Shown here one piece after another: positions 10,427 to 20,783 of a stretch of DNA of 64,000 nucleotides. Source of the DNA: a virus; IMG/VR virus record IMGVR_UViG_3300007734_000761, positions 112,312 through 176,311 of that record; one strand, 5' to 3'. The position numbers were made by a program, and so were the translations under genes. Numbering within the stretch: position 1 is the stretch's first letter; every line of letters starts with the position of its first letter. The notes beneath the pieces were generated by a model. The model was not told the origin of the DNA and searched no databases. It worked only from the letters and a program-made list of their open reading frames with translations.

Positions 10427-12163
10427 TTAAACTACTTGCAAGTCAGCAACTTCGATCTTACCGTAGTAATCAGGACGGAGCATTTTCTTAGCGTAGCGAG
10501 TCATTACACCTTTACGTGGTGTGAATGTTGTAGGATCATAGATCAATGGAGTCATGATCAATGGAACATAAGGAGCATAAACGGCACCAGTTTCCAAGAA
10601 CTGAGTTCCTTTGTAACCCAACAAGATAGTATTCCACTTCATGTAAGGGTTTTTGTACACCTTGTAACGACCATTGATTGAACCGATTTTCTGAACACCA
10701 AATGCATATTTCATTGTTTCTGCATCTGCGTTATCAGCAGCGAATCCAGGGATTGATTCCAAAATAGTAGCAACTGAAGGAGAAATTACCATAAAGTTAG
10801 CACCACCACGTAATGTTTTCTGGTGGATCAAGTTAGAAACTTTTTGTAATTTAATTCCTAAAGTTTGGAACCAAGACATTTGGTTGTAGTAAACACCAGC
10901 TGTATTGCTTGTGAAAGCAGTACCGTTTGAGTTGATTTGATTACCAACTTGAGCACTCCAGTATTGAGTGTTAGAAGCAGCAGCACCTGTGATCAACATA
11001 CCTAAAATTTCAAGGTCAATTTCCATTGAAATTTGCTCAGATAACATTGAAGTCAATTCAGCTTCAGCGTCTAAGTTTTGGTATGCATTCAAGTCTTGAG
11101 CGAATTCAGGAGTCCACTGAGCTTTCAATTTACGAGTTTCAGCAGTAATACTATCAGAAACTAACTTAATGTTTAATTCAGGGAATTCGATGTCGCTATA
11201 TGACTGTACGTTAGGAGATGCTAATGGGTTTCCACCGGCTTCGTAATCACCAACGTTGAATGGGTTCATAGAACCTTGTTTCAAGAAAGTTACTGTTGTA
11301 GCAACGTTAACTGTACTTCCGCTTAACAAACGATTTGCAAGAGCTGCGCTAGAAGCAGATACGTAGAAAGTAGTAGCAGTATTAGTAATTGTAGTGTAAT
11401 CAGCCAAAATACTATTAGCATTAATAGAAGCTGTAGGAGCAACTAAGTAGAAAGCTTGAACACCAAATACGTCTACAGAAGCTGTAGTATAACCGCTAGC
11501 AATACCTTGAGCAATAGCTTGAGCGTTAATTTGAACGTTAGGAATAACTACTTGATAAATTTGACCAGCATTACAAGAGTTAATGTAATTAGAATCGAAA
11601 TTGATTAAGTAGAAGTTTGAACCAGTTGTAATTTGAGTTACAGCAGAAGCAGATACACCAGAAGCTGAGAATTCGTTACGAGAGTATCCAAATCTACCAG
11701 CACCATAGTAACCACCTTCAGCTAAGTTGTCGAAGTTACTGTTACCAAATCCTGGAGCTGGAGTACCATAAAGTGAATCACCAGAAGTAAATGGAGTTTT
11801 AGTAGTACCATACTGGAAGTCCAAGTAGAAAATAAGACCAGTTGGCATTTGCATTGGCTGAACAGAAACGAATTCTTTAGCCACTACTTGTCCAAAAATC
11901 TTACGTACCATTGGAAGAGCAACACCAGCCCATTGGTAACCTTGACCAGTTGTAAAACCAGAAGTAGCACCAGCAGTAGTGTTTGTTTCAACGATAAGTT
12001 CCTTGGCTTGGTTTTCGAGCAACATCGACATGTTTGTTTTGTCGTATCCGCTCAAACCTTCCAATAAACCAGATTTAGCCCATTTGTTTGCTAAACGAGT
12101 CGCGTCGCCTTGCAAAGACTGCCATGGGTTAGCAGATTCGAGAAGTTGATTAATTGTTGACAT
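10427..12163 (-). CDS. Major capsid protein (T4 gp23-like) with Ser/Thr/Ala-rich insertion
   Basis: VSVQPMQMPTGLIFYL, TRKLKAQWTPEFAQDL, YAPYVPL, FTPRKGVMTRY. Confidence 0.95.
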   Translation of the reverse strand: MSTINQLLESANPWQSLQGDATRLANKWAKSGLLEGLSGYDKTNMSMLLENQAKELIVETNTTAGATSGFTTGQGYQWAGVALPMVRKIFGQVVAKEFVSVQPMQMPTGLIFYLDFQYGTTKTPFTSGDSLYGTPAPGFGNSNFDNLAEGGYYGAGRFGYSRNEFSASGVSASAVTQITTGSNFYLINFDSNYINSCNAGQIYQVVIPNVQINAQAIAQGIASGYTTASVDVFGVQAFYLVAPTASINANSILADYTTITNTATTFYVSASSAALANRLLSGSTVNVATTVTFLKQGSMNPFNVGDYEAGGNPLASPNVQSYSDIEFPELNIKLVSDSITAETRKLKAQWTPEFAQDLNAYQNLDAEAELTSMLSEQISMEIDLEILGMLITGAAASNTQYWSAQVGNQINSNGTAFTSNTAGVYYNQMSWFQTLGIKLQKVSNLIHQKTLRGGANFMVISPSVATILESIPGFAADNADAETMKYAFGVQKIGSINGRYKVYKNPYMKWNTILLGYKGTQFLETGAVYAPYVPLIMTPLIYDPTTFTPRKGVMTRYAKKMLRPDYYGKIEVADLQVV

Positions 12164-12182
12164 TTTATTTTAATGTGTTTTT

Positions 12183-13583
12183 TTATTTTGTAATAATACC
12201 AGCTAATTGTTGCATTCTTGTAATTTGATCATCTGTACTGATAATAGGTGACTTAGCTGTTGTACCACCTACGATACTAGAAGCAAATGATTTGTGTTCT
12301 TTCAAAGTAGTTTTAGAACTTACTTTAGAAGTTTTTACTGTGTTTTTCAATACTTCGTAAATGTTTTTAGCTTCAGTTAAAGTTTGTGCTTTATCAAAGC
12401 TATTAACAACATTTACTTTTTGGTTTTCAGTTAAGTTGCTTGCTTTAAACAATTTATTTACATAAATCAATTTAGCATTTAACAAATTAACTTCATTTAA
12501 TTGGCTACGAAGACTCTTAATTACATTGATTGCTTCTTCTAATTCTTTTTCTTTTTCTTTCTTTTTAGCTTCATCTACTTCTTTAACTTTTTCGTTGAGC
12601 TTCATAGAAAGTTTATTTTTGTAAGCACCATTTAAACCAGATTTCTTGTCACCAGCTGCACCATATGGTGCACCGATTTTGTTTTTAGATTTACCTAAAC
12701 CAAAAGGAGCATTAGCTTTCTTATCGTAAGCTTCGTCTAATTCTTTTTCTTTCTTACCACCTTTGTACTTAGCACGCTCATCAAGCTCTTCTTTTTCTTT
12801 TTTCTTTCTTTCGTAAAGAGCAAATAATTCGTCTAATTCTTCTTCTTTTGACTTTTTCTTTTTAGGTTTTTCTTCAGTCTCTTCTTCGGTTTCGTCTTCG
12901 ATGTCTAAGTCGAATTCATCGTCACCTCCAGCGTCCATGTCCGTCATGTCCATGTCTGTCTCTTCGTCTCCAGCAGCACCAGCTTCACCACCCATGACAG
13001 CTCTAATAGCGTCTTGGATCATGTCGCGAAGTTCGTCTACTGTTACTTCGTCGATGCTCTCACCTCCACTAGCTTTTTCAAACATAGTGTTTTCTTCGAG
13101 TTCTTCTTTACCTTCTTCCATTTCATCATCGCCTTCATAAATTTCATTGGCTTCTTCTTCAAGCTCACGTAAGATTTCTTCAAGATCGTAATCTTCTTCT
13201 AAATCTTCTTCGCTCATTTCAGAATTCATTTCCATCATGTCGTCGTCTTCTTCAGAAAGAGAATTGAAAAGTTCTTCAAGATCGAGTTCTTCCATGTTGT
13301 CATAGTCTTCTTCAAGTTCGTCTTTTCCTTCTTCCATTTCTTCAGTTTCATCTAATGAATCAATGAGATTGTCTTTGTCTACGATGTACGTAGCTTTTTC
13401 TTTAAGCTCTTCCTCTTTCTTTTCTTCTAATTCGTCAGCTTCCATTACACGTCTTTCAAACATGCTCTGAATGCGAGGCATAAAAGATTCTTCAAGGGCG
13501 GCTTTTGCGTTAGCGACGGCAACTTCACGTAAAGTTTTGGCGTCAGCAATTGCGTCTTTAAATAATTGTTGGTTGTTTGACAT
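12183..13583 (-). CDS. Prohead scaffold/core protein (gp22-like)
   Basis: Very acidic coiled coil with many LxE sites, between protease and MCP; ends RMQQLAGIITK. Confidence 0.8.
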   Translation of the reverse strand: MSNNQQLFKDAIADAKTLREVAVANAKAALEESFMPRIQSMFERRVMEADELEEKKEEELKEKATYIVDKDNLIDSLDETEEMEEGKDELEEDYDNMEELDLEELFNSLSEEDDDMMEMNSEMSEEDLEEDYDLEEILRELEEEANEIYEGDDEMEEGKEELEENTMFEKASGGESIDEVTVDELRDMIQDAIRAVMGGEAGAAGDEETDMDMTDMDAGGDDEFDLDIEDETEEETEEKPKKKKSKEEELDELFALYERKKKEKEELDERAKYKGGKKEKELDEAYDKKANAPFGLGKSKNKIGAPYGAAGDKKSGLNGAYKNKLSMKLNEKVKEVDEAKKKEKEKELEEAINVIKSLRSQLNEVNLLNAKLIYVNKLFKASNLTENQKVNVVNSFDKAQTLTEAKNIYEVLKNTVKTSKVSSKTTLKEHKSFASSIVGGTTAKSPIISTDDQITRMQQLAGIITK

Positions 13584-13597
13584 TTGTTTTTTTTGTT

Positions 13598-13695
13598 TCG
13601 CACTGTCTATTAGAGAGACAATATAAGATTTTTAATTTGTGCGACAGAATATTAAAGATTCTGTATGGATACCCATAAATATATAGGGCTATCCA
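13598..13695 (-). promoter_or_regulatory. Structured leader and promoter of the scaffold-MCP operon
   Basis: ATATTTAT at 13675-13682 inside an imperfect inverted repeat; two hairpins with CUYUAAU loops; TCGCAC/GTGCGA stem. Confidence 0.55.
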
Positions 13696-13722
13696 GAAAC
13701 ATGCAAAACTAGCAAAAAGCTT

Positions 13723-14352
13723 TTATTTTATGCAACAAACTCCCGTTTGATTACAAATAATATCTGTAATCAGTGAGTTAATTTTTGAGTATTGGTTAGA
13801 TATTTGTTGAGTGTATTGTTTACCTTCAGCTAAACTTACTGGTTTCATGTAAGCTCCATGTGTACTTGGTGTACTTACAAAATCCCAACATACTAAATCA
13901 AAATCATCTTGTACTTCTACAGTATTTTCGCCTAATTGTTTAACACTACCCATTCCTCTTGAACTAATTCCTACAGTAATGTTATTTAACAATAAATCTT
14001 TTAAAATATTTCCACTAGGTGTATTAAGAATTTCAATACGGCCAAATAAATCATCACCTTCCCATCGTAATTGTTTAATATTGTGACAAACATTTTTTAA
14101 ACTAATAACAGAAGACTCTGGGTGATCTAATTCACCCAAAGCTCTGTTTTGGGCAATCGGGCCTGCAATGTATTTTTCTACTTCTCTATGGAGAATTGCT
14201 TTAGGATAAACACGACCGTTTTCATTTTTGGCATCTGCACGCTGTACAATACCTTCTACCACTAAATTTTTATTAGGGCTCATTTTAGCCTCATTAAGAG
14301 ACTGAGGTGTTGGCTTGAATGCCAAATATTCTATTAAAACTTGTTTAGTCAT
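13723..14352 (-). CDS. Prohead protease (T4 gp21-like)
   Basis: NENGRVYP, ALGELDHP, GISSRGMGS, WDFVSTPS; probable start MTKQVLIE at 14352. Confidence 0.93.
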   Translation of the reverse strand: MTKQVLIEYLAFKPTPQSLNEAKMSPNKNLVVEGIVQRADAKNENGRVYPKAILHREVEKYIAGPIAQNRALGELDHPESSVISLKNVCHNIKQLRWEGDDLFGRIEILNTPSGNILKDLLLNNITVGISSRGMGSVKQLGENTVEVQDDFDLVCWDFVSTPSTHGAYMKPVSLAEGKQYTQQISNQYSKINSLITDIICNQTGVCCIK

Positions 14353-15394
14353 TTGGATCGTTTGGGTTATCAAACTTAGCATTAAAACCTTGATCTGTTA
14401 ATTTTTTAAGTGTACTCATATCTCCAGGTTTTACAGATACTATTCCTCTAGCCATTTCATGTACTAAAGTTAAAATTTGATTTTTAGTAGTAGGAGTTAA
14501 CTTAATTTTTCTAGAGTCTTTTACGTTTACATCTTCGTTTATGTCTTCTTCAAAACCACTTAATGTTCCTCTATTGTAAAATCCTGGGCCGGGTTTATCT
14601 GCTGTTTCTTGATTACTAATTGTGTAATCCATTCCTTCTTCTACACCCTTACTAAGAAGTCTTTCTAAAGCACTAGCTAAATCTTTTTTACCTTCTTCTT
14701 TTAACTTAGCTACTAACTGTTTTAATTTTGCTAATTGTTGTGCAGGAATGCCTTTAGACTCACTCATTGGAGCATCATTAATATTTTTAATAGCTTTCTT
14801 TACTTTATCTTGAATTTCTTCGTCTTTATCGCGTTTTTCAGCGTATTGTCTTAGTAATTTAATGACTTGATTTTTCTTAGCTGTATCTCCTTTAATAGCA
14901 TCTCTAACACTTTTAATAAGTTCTCCGTTATTATCCATAGCGGCTAAATAAGATGCTGGATTAAGTGTATAAACATCATATCCTTCATTTAATTTAGCTG
15001 GTTCCATTCCAGAAGACTTATATTTACCTTTAACTTCGTCTTTAAGACCATATGGAGCGTCTTGTTTATCAGCTTTAGGCATTTTACCATCTTTTTTTAT
15101 GGCTTCAGCACTTTTAGCAGTATTTTTTACTCCAGGTTTTTTACCAGATCCATATTCACCCACCATTTTAATGGTTTCGTTTACTAACATGTTAGTGTAA
15201 AAATTAGGATCTTTTTTAAGATTTTTCAAAACTTTACTTTGGGCTTCTTTGATAGTATCAACGTTAATGGTTTTACCAGAAGTTGTTAATTCATAATCCA
15301 TCCCATTTTCAAATTCGTAAATATTGACTTTGTCTATTTCACGAACTACAGGAGTGATGTATTTATCAAAGTAAGATTTATTAGGATTACTCAT
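14345..15394 (-). CDS. Head-cluster protein, probable prohead core component
   Basis: Lys/Glu-rich with several xxE sites (VNE, LNE, MSE, INE); lies between portal and protease. Confidence 0.5.
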   Translation of the reverse strand: MSNPNKSYFDKYITPVVREIDKVNIYEFENGMDYELTTSGKTINVDTIKEAQSKVLKNLKKDPNFYTNMLVNETIKMVGEYGSGKKPGVKNTAKSAEAIKKDGKMPKADKQDAPYGLKDEVKGKYKSSGMEPAKLNEGYDVYTLNPASYLAAMDNNGELIKSVRDAIKGDTAKKNQVIKLLRQYAEKRDKDEEIQDKVKKAIKNINDAPMSESKGIPAQQLAKLKQLVAKLKEEGKKDLASALERLLSKGVEEGMDYTISNQETADKPGPGFYNRGTLSGFEEDINEDVNVKDSRKIKLTPTTKNQILTLVHEMARGIVSVKPGDMSTLKKLTDQGFNAKFDNPNDPND

Positions 15395-15409
15395 GGTAAT
15401 AAATATGTA

Positions 15410-15556
15410 TTATCCTTGTCCTACGTATCTTTTTACGTAATTTTTACTAGATTTTGATTTACTTGCTTTTGTTTTAGCATGAATACCAGGGCGTCTACGT
15501 TTAGGTTTTACTTGAAAAACTTTAACTGACGATGTTTTTGTCTTTACCTTTGCCAT
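15410..15556 (-). CDS. Small very basic protein, 48 aa (not in the ORF track)
   Basis: MAKVKTKTSSVKVFQVKPKRRRPGIHAKTKASKSKSSKNYVKRYVGQG; fills the gap and overlaps the end of 15522..16313. Confidence 0.75.
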   Translation of the reverse strand: MAKVKTKTSSVKVFQVKPKRRRPGIHAKTKASKSKSSKNYVKRYVGQG

Positions 15557-16313
15557 TTTCCTTTATTTGTTTTAAATTTTGATACAACGTTGCTGTTTCT
15601 TTCATTAATTGATTTAAATAAGCTTCAGTACGCTTATTGTAAGAAACATTGTTAGTTTCACTTAACTCAGTTTTTAATTGTTTTGTGTAACTAGCGATTT
15701 TGTTTACTTCTTGTAAACGTTTTTTAATTTCTCTAATCGCAACGTGCATCTGTGTAGATGGCTTAACTACTTCAGTTTGTTTTTTAAACTGACTATAACG
15801 TGATTCGTTTAATTCTTGTTTTTTTACTATAGCATCATAATTAGCCATAGTAAGAGTATTTCCTGTACCGCTTAACTTAATAATATTTTCAGTAACATTA
15901 TGAAGATCCATGTCTGTTTTAGCATCTTCACGAGCATATTCTAATAAACGAATAAATAAGGGAACATCAGTTTTAATTGTATCTTTAGGATTAGTAGCTT
16001 CTTTTAAACCACCTTTACCAGCCCAAAGATACTTAGCATCAATCATTTCACTAGGTTTTACTTCTCTATATCCAATACTTGTATATGCACTTAAATCTTT
16101 AGCACCTGGTGTGAATACAGAAGGAATTCCTTTACCATCTTTAGGTGGTTTTTGAAATACTTTTTGTTTAGTTTCGTTTTTTGGTTTTTTACCTTGATGT
16201 TGATAACCAGTACCTGTTTGAAATCCACTTGTAGCACCAGCTCCAGTAGACATTTCCTTTAAGCGATTTTCAGCAAACTTTTTAATTCTTTCTTTAAGTC
16301 GTTTTTTGTCCAT
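15522..16313 (-). CDS. Head-cluster hypothetical protein, probable core/internal protein
   Basis: Segments separated by LKE/LKE/LNE; C-terminal coiled coil. Confidence 0.5.
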   Translation of the reverse strand: MDKKRLKERIKKFAENRLKEMSTGAGATSGFQTGTGYQHQGKKPKNETKQKVFQKPPKDGKGIPSVFTPGAKDLSAYTSIGYREVKPSEMIDAKYLWAGKGGLKEATNPKDTIKTDVPLFIRLLEYAREDAKTDMDLHNVTENIIKLSGTGNTLTMANYDAIVKKQELNESRYSQFKKQTEVVKPSTQMHVAIREIKKRLQEVNKIASYTKQLKTELSETNNVSYNKRTEAYLNQLMKETATLYQNLKQIKENGKGKDKNIVS

Positions 16314-17164
16314 TAAATTACTTTTTTAATTTCGCTTAACAACTCATAATATTGTAATAAATTAATTAAATGTTCTTCCTTAGGAGCTTCATTTTTCTGG
16401 ATAGGTTTGATCAATTTAATACCTTCGTTTATTTTAATTTTTGTAACAGGTTCTTGAATTTTTTCTACAAAACTACTTAAAGTAAGTTTCAAATAATTAT
16501 AATGATCGTTTACTACTTTTTTTAATTTAGCTGAATCATTAATGTTATTGATGTATTCTTTTAATATAACTTTTTGTTGAGGAGTAAAATTATTATATTT
16601 GTCGTTAAATTTTTCTATTAACATTCTATAAGTTAAAATACGAATATCTTTACTTTCTTGTAAAAATTCTTTTATTTCCTCATTTTCTTTGTTAATAATT
16701 TCTTTTTGAGTCAAATGCTCTAAAAGAGTAATTTTACTATTTACTACTTGTTTAGGATCTGTAAAGTAAGGTAAACGATATGATTCTAATAACGTATAAA
16801 TACTAGCACTAGTTTTATAATTATTTATTTTATTTTTAAAAAAATTATTTAAATCGTAATATTTTTTAATTTCTTTAATTAAATTATATTTTTCTTTATT
16901 TAACTTTTGTAAATCAAACTTTAAAGCAGATTCAGCTATAGTTTGTAAAATAGTTTCTGCTTTTCCTTCTGTAAATCTTTCTTGTGTATTTACTAAGTTA
17001 TAAAGTCTTTGTTCTTTAGCTAATTCAGTGTTTGAAAAATATTTTTTTAAAATCTTTACTGAAGGAGAATCTCCAGTAGCCAAGACGTCATTAGTTACCT
17101 GGCGAACTAATAGTTCAAAGATAATTCCAGTATTTTTATACTTTGAATGTTTAATTTGATTCAT
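16313..17164 (-). CDS. Helical hypothetical protein downstream of portal
   Basis: Probable start MNQIKHSKYKNTG at 17164, 14 nt below an ATATTTAT motif. Confidence 0.6.
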   Translation of the reverse strand: MNQIKHSKYKNTGIIFELLVRQVTNDVLATGDSPSVKILKKYFSNTELAKEQRLYNLVNTQERFTEGKAETILQTIAESALKFDLQKLNKEKYNLIKEIKKYYDLNNFFKNKINNYKTSASIYTLLESYRLPYFTDPKQVVNSKITLLEHLTQKEIINKENEEIKEFLQESKDIRILTYRMLIEKFNDKYNNFTPQQKVILKEYINNINDSAKLKKVVNDHYNYLKLTLSSFVEKIQEPVTKIKINEGIKLIKPIQKNEAPKEEHLINLLQYYELLSEIKKVI

Positions 17165-17195
17165 GTGAAGCTCTAATAATAAATATGTACTAAAA

Positions 17196-19130
17196 TTATA
17201 AAGGCATAATATTGTCTTCACTCAATATACCATCGTCGTTTTTACTTTCAAACAAATGGATTTTTCTACTTTCAGGTTTAGGCATCATATCAAACATAAA
17301 CTTATTTTTATAGTATTGAGCTTTACTTTCTAAGGCTAAAGGACTACCTCCTTTATGATTTGTTTTACCATACTTATCTTCTCCATCATCAGATGATGAA
17401 TACTCTTTACGACCTAAAGCATCTTTACCAAATGGACTTTGTTGAGTGTCTTTAATACTAGTTTTATCTTGAGGTCTACCAGGTAATCTTACAATATTAG
17501 GTTCGTTTTCATCGTAACCCATAGGAACATCAGTTGGAGCATTCGGTACTTGGGTATATCTTCCTTTACCATAAATTGTAGCTAATTGATGTGGTGTTCC
17601 ATATGCCTGTCCAGTTTCTGCTGGGTCATTTCCTTCTTCTTCTACTTGTTTATATCTAAACTGGCGTTTTTTATCTTCAATAACTAAATCTCTATACTCA
17701 TCAATTTCATCTTCACTAAAGTGGAATACATTATCATAAATCCAATCTGTAGGCATTAATCCTGATTCTTGAATTGATTTAGCTAATTCAACTTTTTCTT
17801 TTAGTAACGCAATTCTTTCTTGATCGTAAATAATTGATGGAGTAGTTAAACTAAGCTCAAAATTTGTCATAGCTTCACCATCATAACCTTGAGTATATAA
17901 ATGAACTAATGCAATTTTTGTTAACTCACTTACTAAAATTCTTTGAATTCTTTCAATTGTGCGAGCAAAACGAATGTCTTCAGCTGCTAATGTTGCTTTA
18001 CCAGTTAAGTCTTTTTCATAACCCATAAACGCTTTAGGTACTTTAAGAGCAGCAAATAATTTTTCTCTTAAGTATTCTACGTCTTTAATACCATCGTATT
18101 CTAAACCTTTTACAGAGTCAATTTTAGTTGTAGTATCATTACCTCTTACAGGAATATAATAGTCTTCCAACATATTCATTACGTTGTATTTTAAATTATA
18201 TTGACCTGTTTTTTCATCCATAAATGGAGTCTTTTTAAGTTTAGACACCATTTTTTGCATATAATTTTCTACTTCTGCTGGAGGAATAGAACCAATATTA
18301 ATGTAAAATAATCGTCTATCTGGAGCTCTGGTGATACGGTGAATTAACATCGCATCTTCCATTAAAATATATTGTTTAAACAATTTACGAGCTGGTTCTA
18401 GGTAGCTTCTACCGTATGGAAGATAATTAAGATCACTTAGTAATCTAAAGTGAGCCATTTCATAGTTTTCAAAATAAAATGCGTCTTCATCTTTTTGTCC
18501 TCCACCATAGCTTGCCCATCCTCCAGCTGATGTTCCATAACCAGCAGCAGCGGCGGCATCATATCTAAATCTTACATAAGATGGATTTTTAGGATCCATT
18601 CCTTCTTCTCTTAAAATATTAAAAGCAGAGAATGGAATAACTTGATATACTCCAAACTTTTCAGCAATTTCTAACTTAAGAAAAAAATCACCGTATTTAC
18701 ACATATTTCTTGTCCATGACCATAAATTAAACTCAATGTTTAATACATCATAAAACAAGTTATATAATATTTTTTGAATATTTTCGTCAGAACTACGAAT
18801 ATGAAGCATTTCTCCAGATTCATTTCTCAAAGTACATTCATCTGCTATAATATCTAAAGCACTACTTACAATAGCATCTGTATCCATTGATTCGTAATCA
18901 CTGTAAAGTTGAGGACGAAGAGATGGATAGTTAATAGCCATCTGTCCAGCATATGCTGATATTCCTGATGTTGTATAAACTCTACTAAATCTATCTACAA
19001 CAGAATTTGTTGCCAATACCCCTGTTGTTTGAATATTGTTTGTATCTAGTATTTTTAGTTCATCTCCCCCTACATTTCTAATAATTACATCAGAACTAAA
19101 GAGTCGTTTTAAGTTGTCAAATATAGCCAT
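17196..19130 (-). CDS. Portal protein (T4 gp20-like)
   Basis: SYLEPARK..KQ..LMEDAMLIHRITRAPDRRLFYI, MLEDYYIP, FAALKVP. Confidence 0.95.
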   Translation of the reverse strand: MAIFDNLKRLFSSDVIIRNVGGDELKILDTNNIQTTGVLATNSVVDRFSRVYTTSGISAYAGQMAINYPSLRPQLYSDYESMDTDAIVSSALDIIADECTLRNESGEMLHIRSSDENIQKILYNLFYDVLNIEFNLWSWTRNMCKYGDFFLKLEIAEKFGVYQVIPFSAFNILREEGMDPKNPSYVRFRYDAAAAAGYGTSAGGWASYGGGQKDEDAFYFENYEMAHFRLLSDLNYLPYGRSYLEPARKLFKQYILMEDAMLIHRITRAPDRRLFYINIGSIPPAEVENYMQKMVSKLKKTPFMDEKTGQYNLKYNVMNMLEDYYIPVRGNDTTTKIDSVKGLEYDGIKDVEYLREKLFAALKVPKAFMGYEKDLTGKATLAAEDIRFARTIERIQRILVSELTKIALVHLYTQGYDGEAMTNFELSLTTPSIIYDQERIALLKEKVELAKSIQESGLMPTDWIYDNVFHFSEDEIDEYRDLVIEDKKRQFRYKQVEEEGNDPAETGQAYGTPHQLATIYGKGRYTQVPNAPTDVPMGYDENEPNIVRLPGRPQDKTSIKDTQQSPFGKDALGRKEYSSSDDGEDKYGKTNHKGGSPLALESKAQYYKNKFMFDMMPKPESRKIHLFESKNDDGILSEDNIMPL

Positions 19131-19154
19131 TCTTATATATGATAATAAATATTA

Positions 19155-20783
19155 TTAAATTAGCCAAGTTAAATCCATCATTTGTCCGTTACCAATATCC
19201 ATACTCCATTGATTGGGAACTCCATTTCCTCCGCCTATTCCTCGGTAACTTCCACCTTGATAAACACCAGGTCCTACAGATGTTGTTGATTTTCCAAAAT
19301 TTTCTAAACTTGCTATAGTTAATTGATCTCCTGTTTGTTTGTATTTAAGACTTGTGTCTCTTAAAAACATACAAATACCTAAAGCCATTACTAAGTCATC
19401 ATGATAACCATCTTGTGCTTGAGCTTTACCATGTTTCCAAATAAATGTTCTTAATTCTTCTAAAGTACGTTTACTTTGAATAGTTACACTTTTTTCATGT
19501 AAATAACTAATCATTTTTCCAATAACTAATGGACGAGTACGTAAAGTTGTACTAAAACCCGGTACCATTCCTTGTCCTGAGTCAAATTTATTTAAGTACA
19601 TTTCTACATTAGTAAGAGCTGCATCTTGTCTTGGACTATAGTACATGTTTGGGTAACCTCTTTCAATTGCTGTTTGAACTACGTCCCATCCTACGTTAGC
19701 ATTTTCAATAACTAATAAAGCATTGTTGTATTCACTAGCTATACCAACTAAAAAATGACCATAATCACGAGTTCCTATTTGTCCTTTATATTCTGCTACT
19801 TGAGTATTAGTTTCTATGTCAAAAACATGAAAAGCGCTGTAATCTTTTCCATCTCCTCGAGCACAGTCAGCAACGACAGCATACATTTTTGAATAATCAG
19901 GTCTTTCAAATACCCAAAGATTACCATCTAAACCTCTACGCTCTAAAGGTTCTTTTGCTTGTATTAAATACCAGTTTAAAATAGCAGGATCAATAGCTGT
20001 GTCACCAGATGTTGTAAAATCACAATCACATTCTTGTGCTGCCATTCTAGGTCCTAAATCTACATCTTGTTGGTCTCTCCAGCTTTGATCTCGCTCAGGG
20101 TGAACATCCCATGGTAATCTTATTGGTAAAAAACTATTTTGACCTTCTTCTGCTTTCACCCAAGTTCTGTGGAACCAGTTTCCTGTGCCGTATGGTGTAG
20201 ACATAGCGATACATCCACCACCCGTCGCCAAGGTTTGTTGGGCAGATACGAATACTTCTTCAATATTATCGATAAATGCAGCCTCGTCAATAAGTAATAA
20301 TGATACGGCTTCACTTCGCGCACTATCACCCGCAGCAGATACAGCTTTCATTTGACTACCGTTTGATAATCGTATACTAAGCTTATTATTTTCTAAAGAT
20401 TTAATTTTCATCCAACTAGGTAAATTATCATATCCAAATTTTACCTTAGTTACCATATTTTTTGCTGTTTCTGTTTTAGTAGCAATACATAACACGTTTT
20501 TATCAGTATGATAAAGCATAAGCCATAAAGCATATGCTGAGCTTAATGTACTGATGCCTAATTGTCTTGATTTATTTACTATATTAAATTTATTTTTTAA
20601 AAATAATCGTAATACGCTTTCTTGAAACGGGTATAAATTAAAATGAACTCTACCTTTAGTAGGGTGCTGAATCATGTAGTATTTTTTACAAAAATAAACA
20701 GGATCTTGCTTACATTTAAGAAGTTCTTGTTGAATTGCTTCTTTTATAGAAAGCTGTTTTGGGATATCATTCAATTCGCTCAT
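19155..20783 (-). CDS. Terminase large subunit (T4 gp17-like)
   Basis: KSRQLGIST Walker A, LLIDEAAF Walker B, STPYG, DYSAF and HDDLVMA nuclease motifs. Confidence 0.95.
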   Translation of the reverse strand: MSELNDIPKQLSIKEAIQQELLKCKQDPVYFCKKYYMIQHPTKGRVHFNLYPFQESVLRLFLKNKFNIVNKSRQLGISTLSSAYALWLMLYHTDKNVLCIATKTETAKNMVTKVKFGYDNLPSWMKIKSLENNKLSIRLSNGSQMKAVSAAGDSARSEAVSLLLIDEAAFIDNIEEVFVSAQQTLATGGGCIAMSTPYGTGNWFHRTWVKAEEGQNSFLPIRLPWDVHPERDQSWRDQQDVDLGPRMAAQECDCDFTTSGDTAIDPAILNWYLIQAKEPLERRGLDGNLWVFERPDYSKMYAVVADCARGDGKDYSAFHVFDIETNTQVAEYKGQIGTRDYGHFLVGIASEYNNALLVIENANVGWDVVQTAIERGYPNMYYSPRQDAALTNVEMYLNKFDSGQGMVPGFSTTLRTRPLVIGKMISYLHEKSVTIQSKRTLEELRTFIWKHGKAQAQDGYHDDLVMALGICMFLRDTSLKYKQTGDQLTIASLENFGKSTTSVGPGVYQGGSYRGIGGGNGVPNQWSMDIGNGQMMDLTWLI

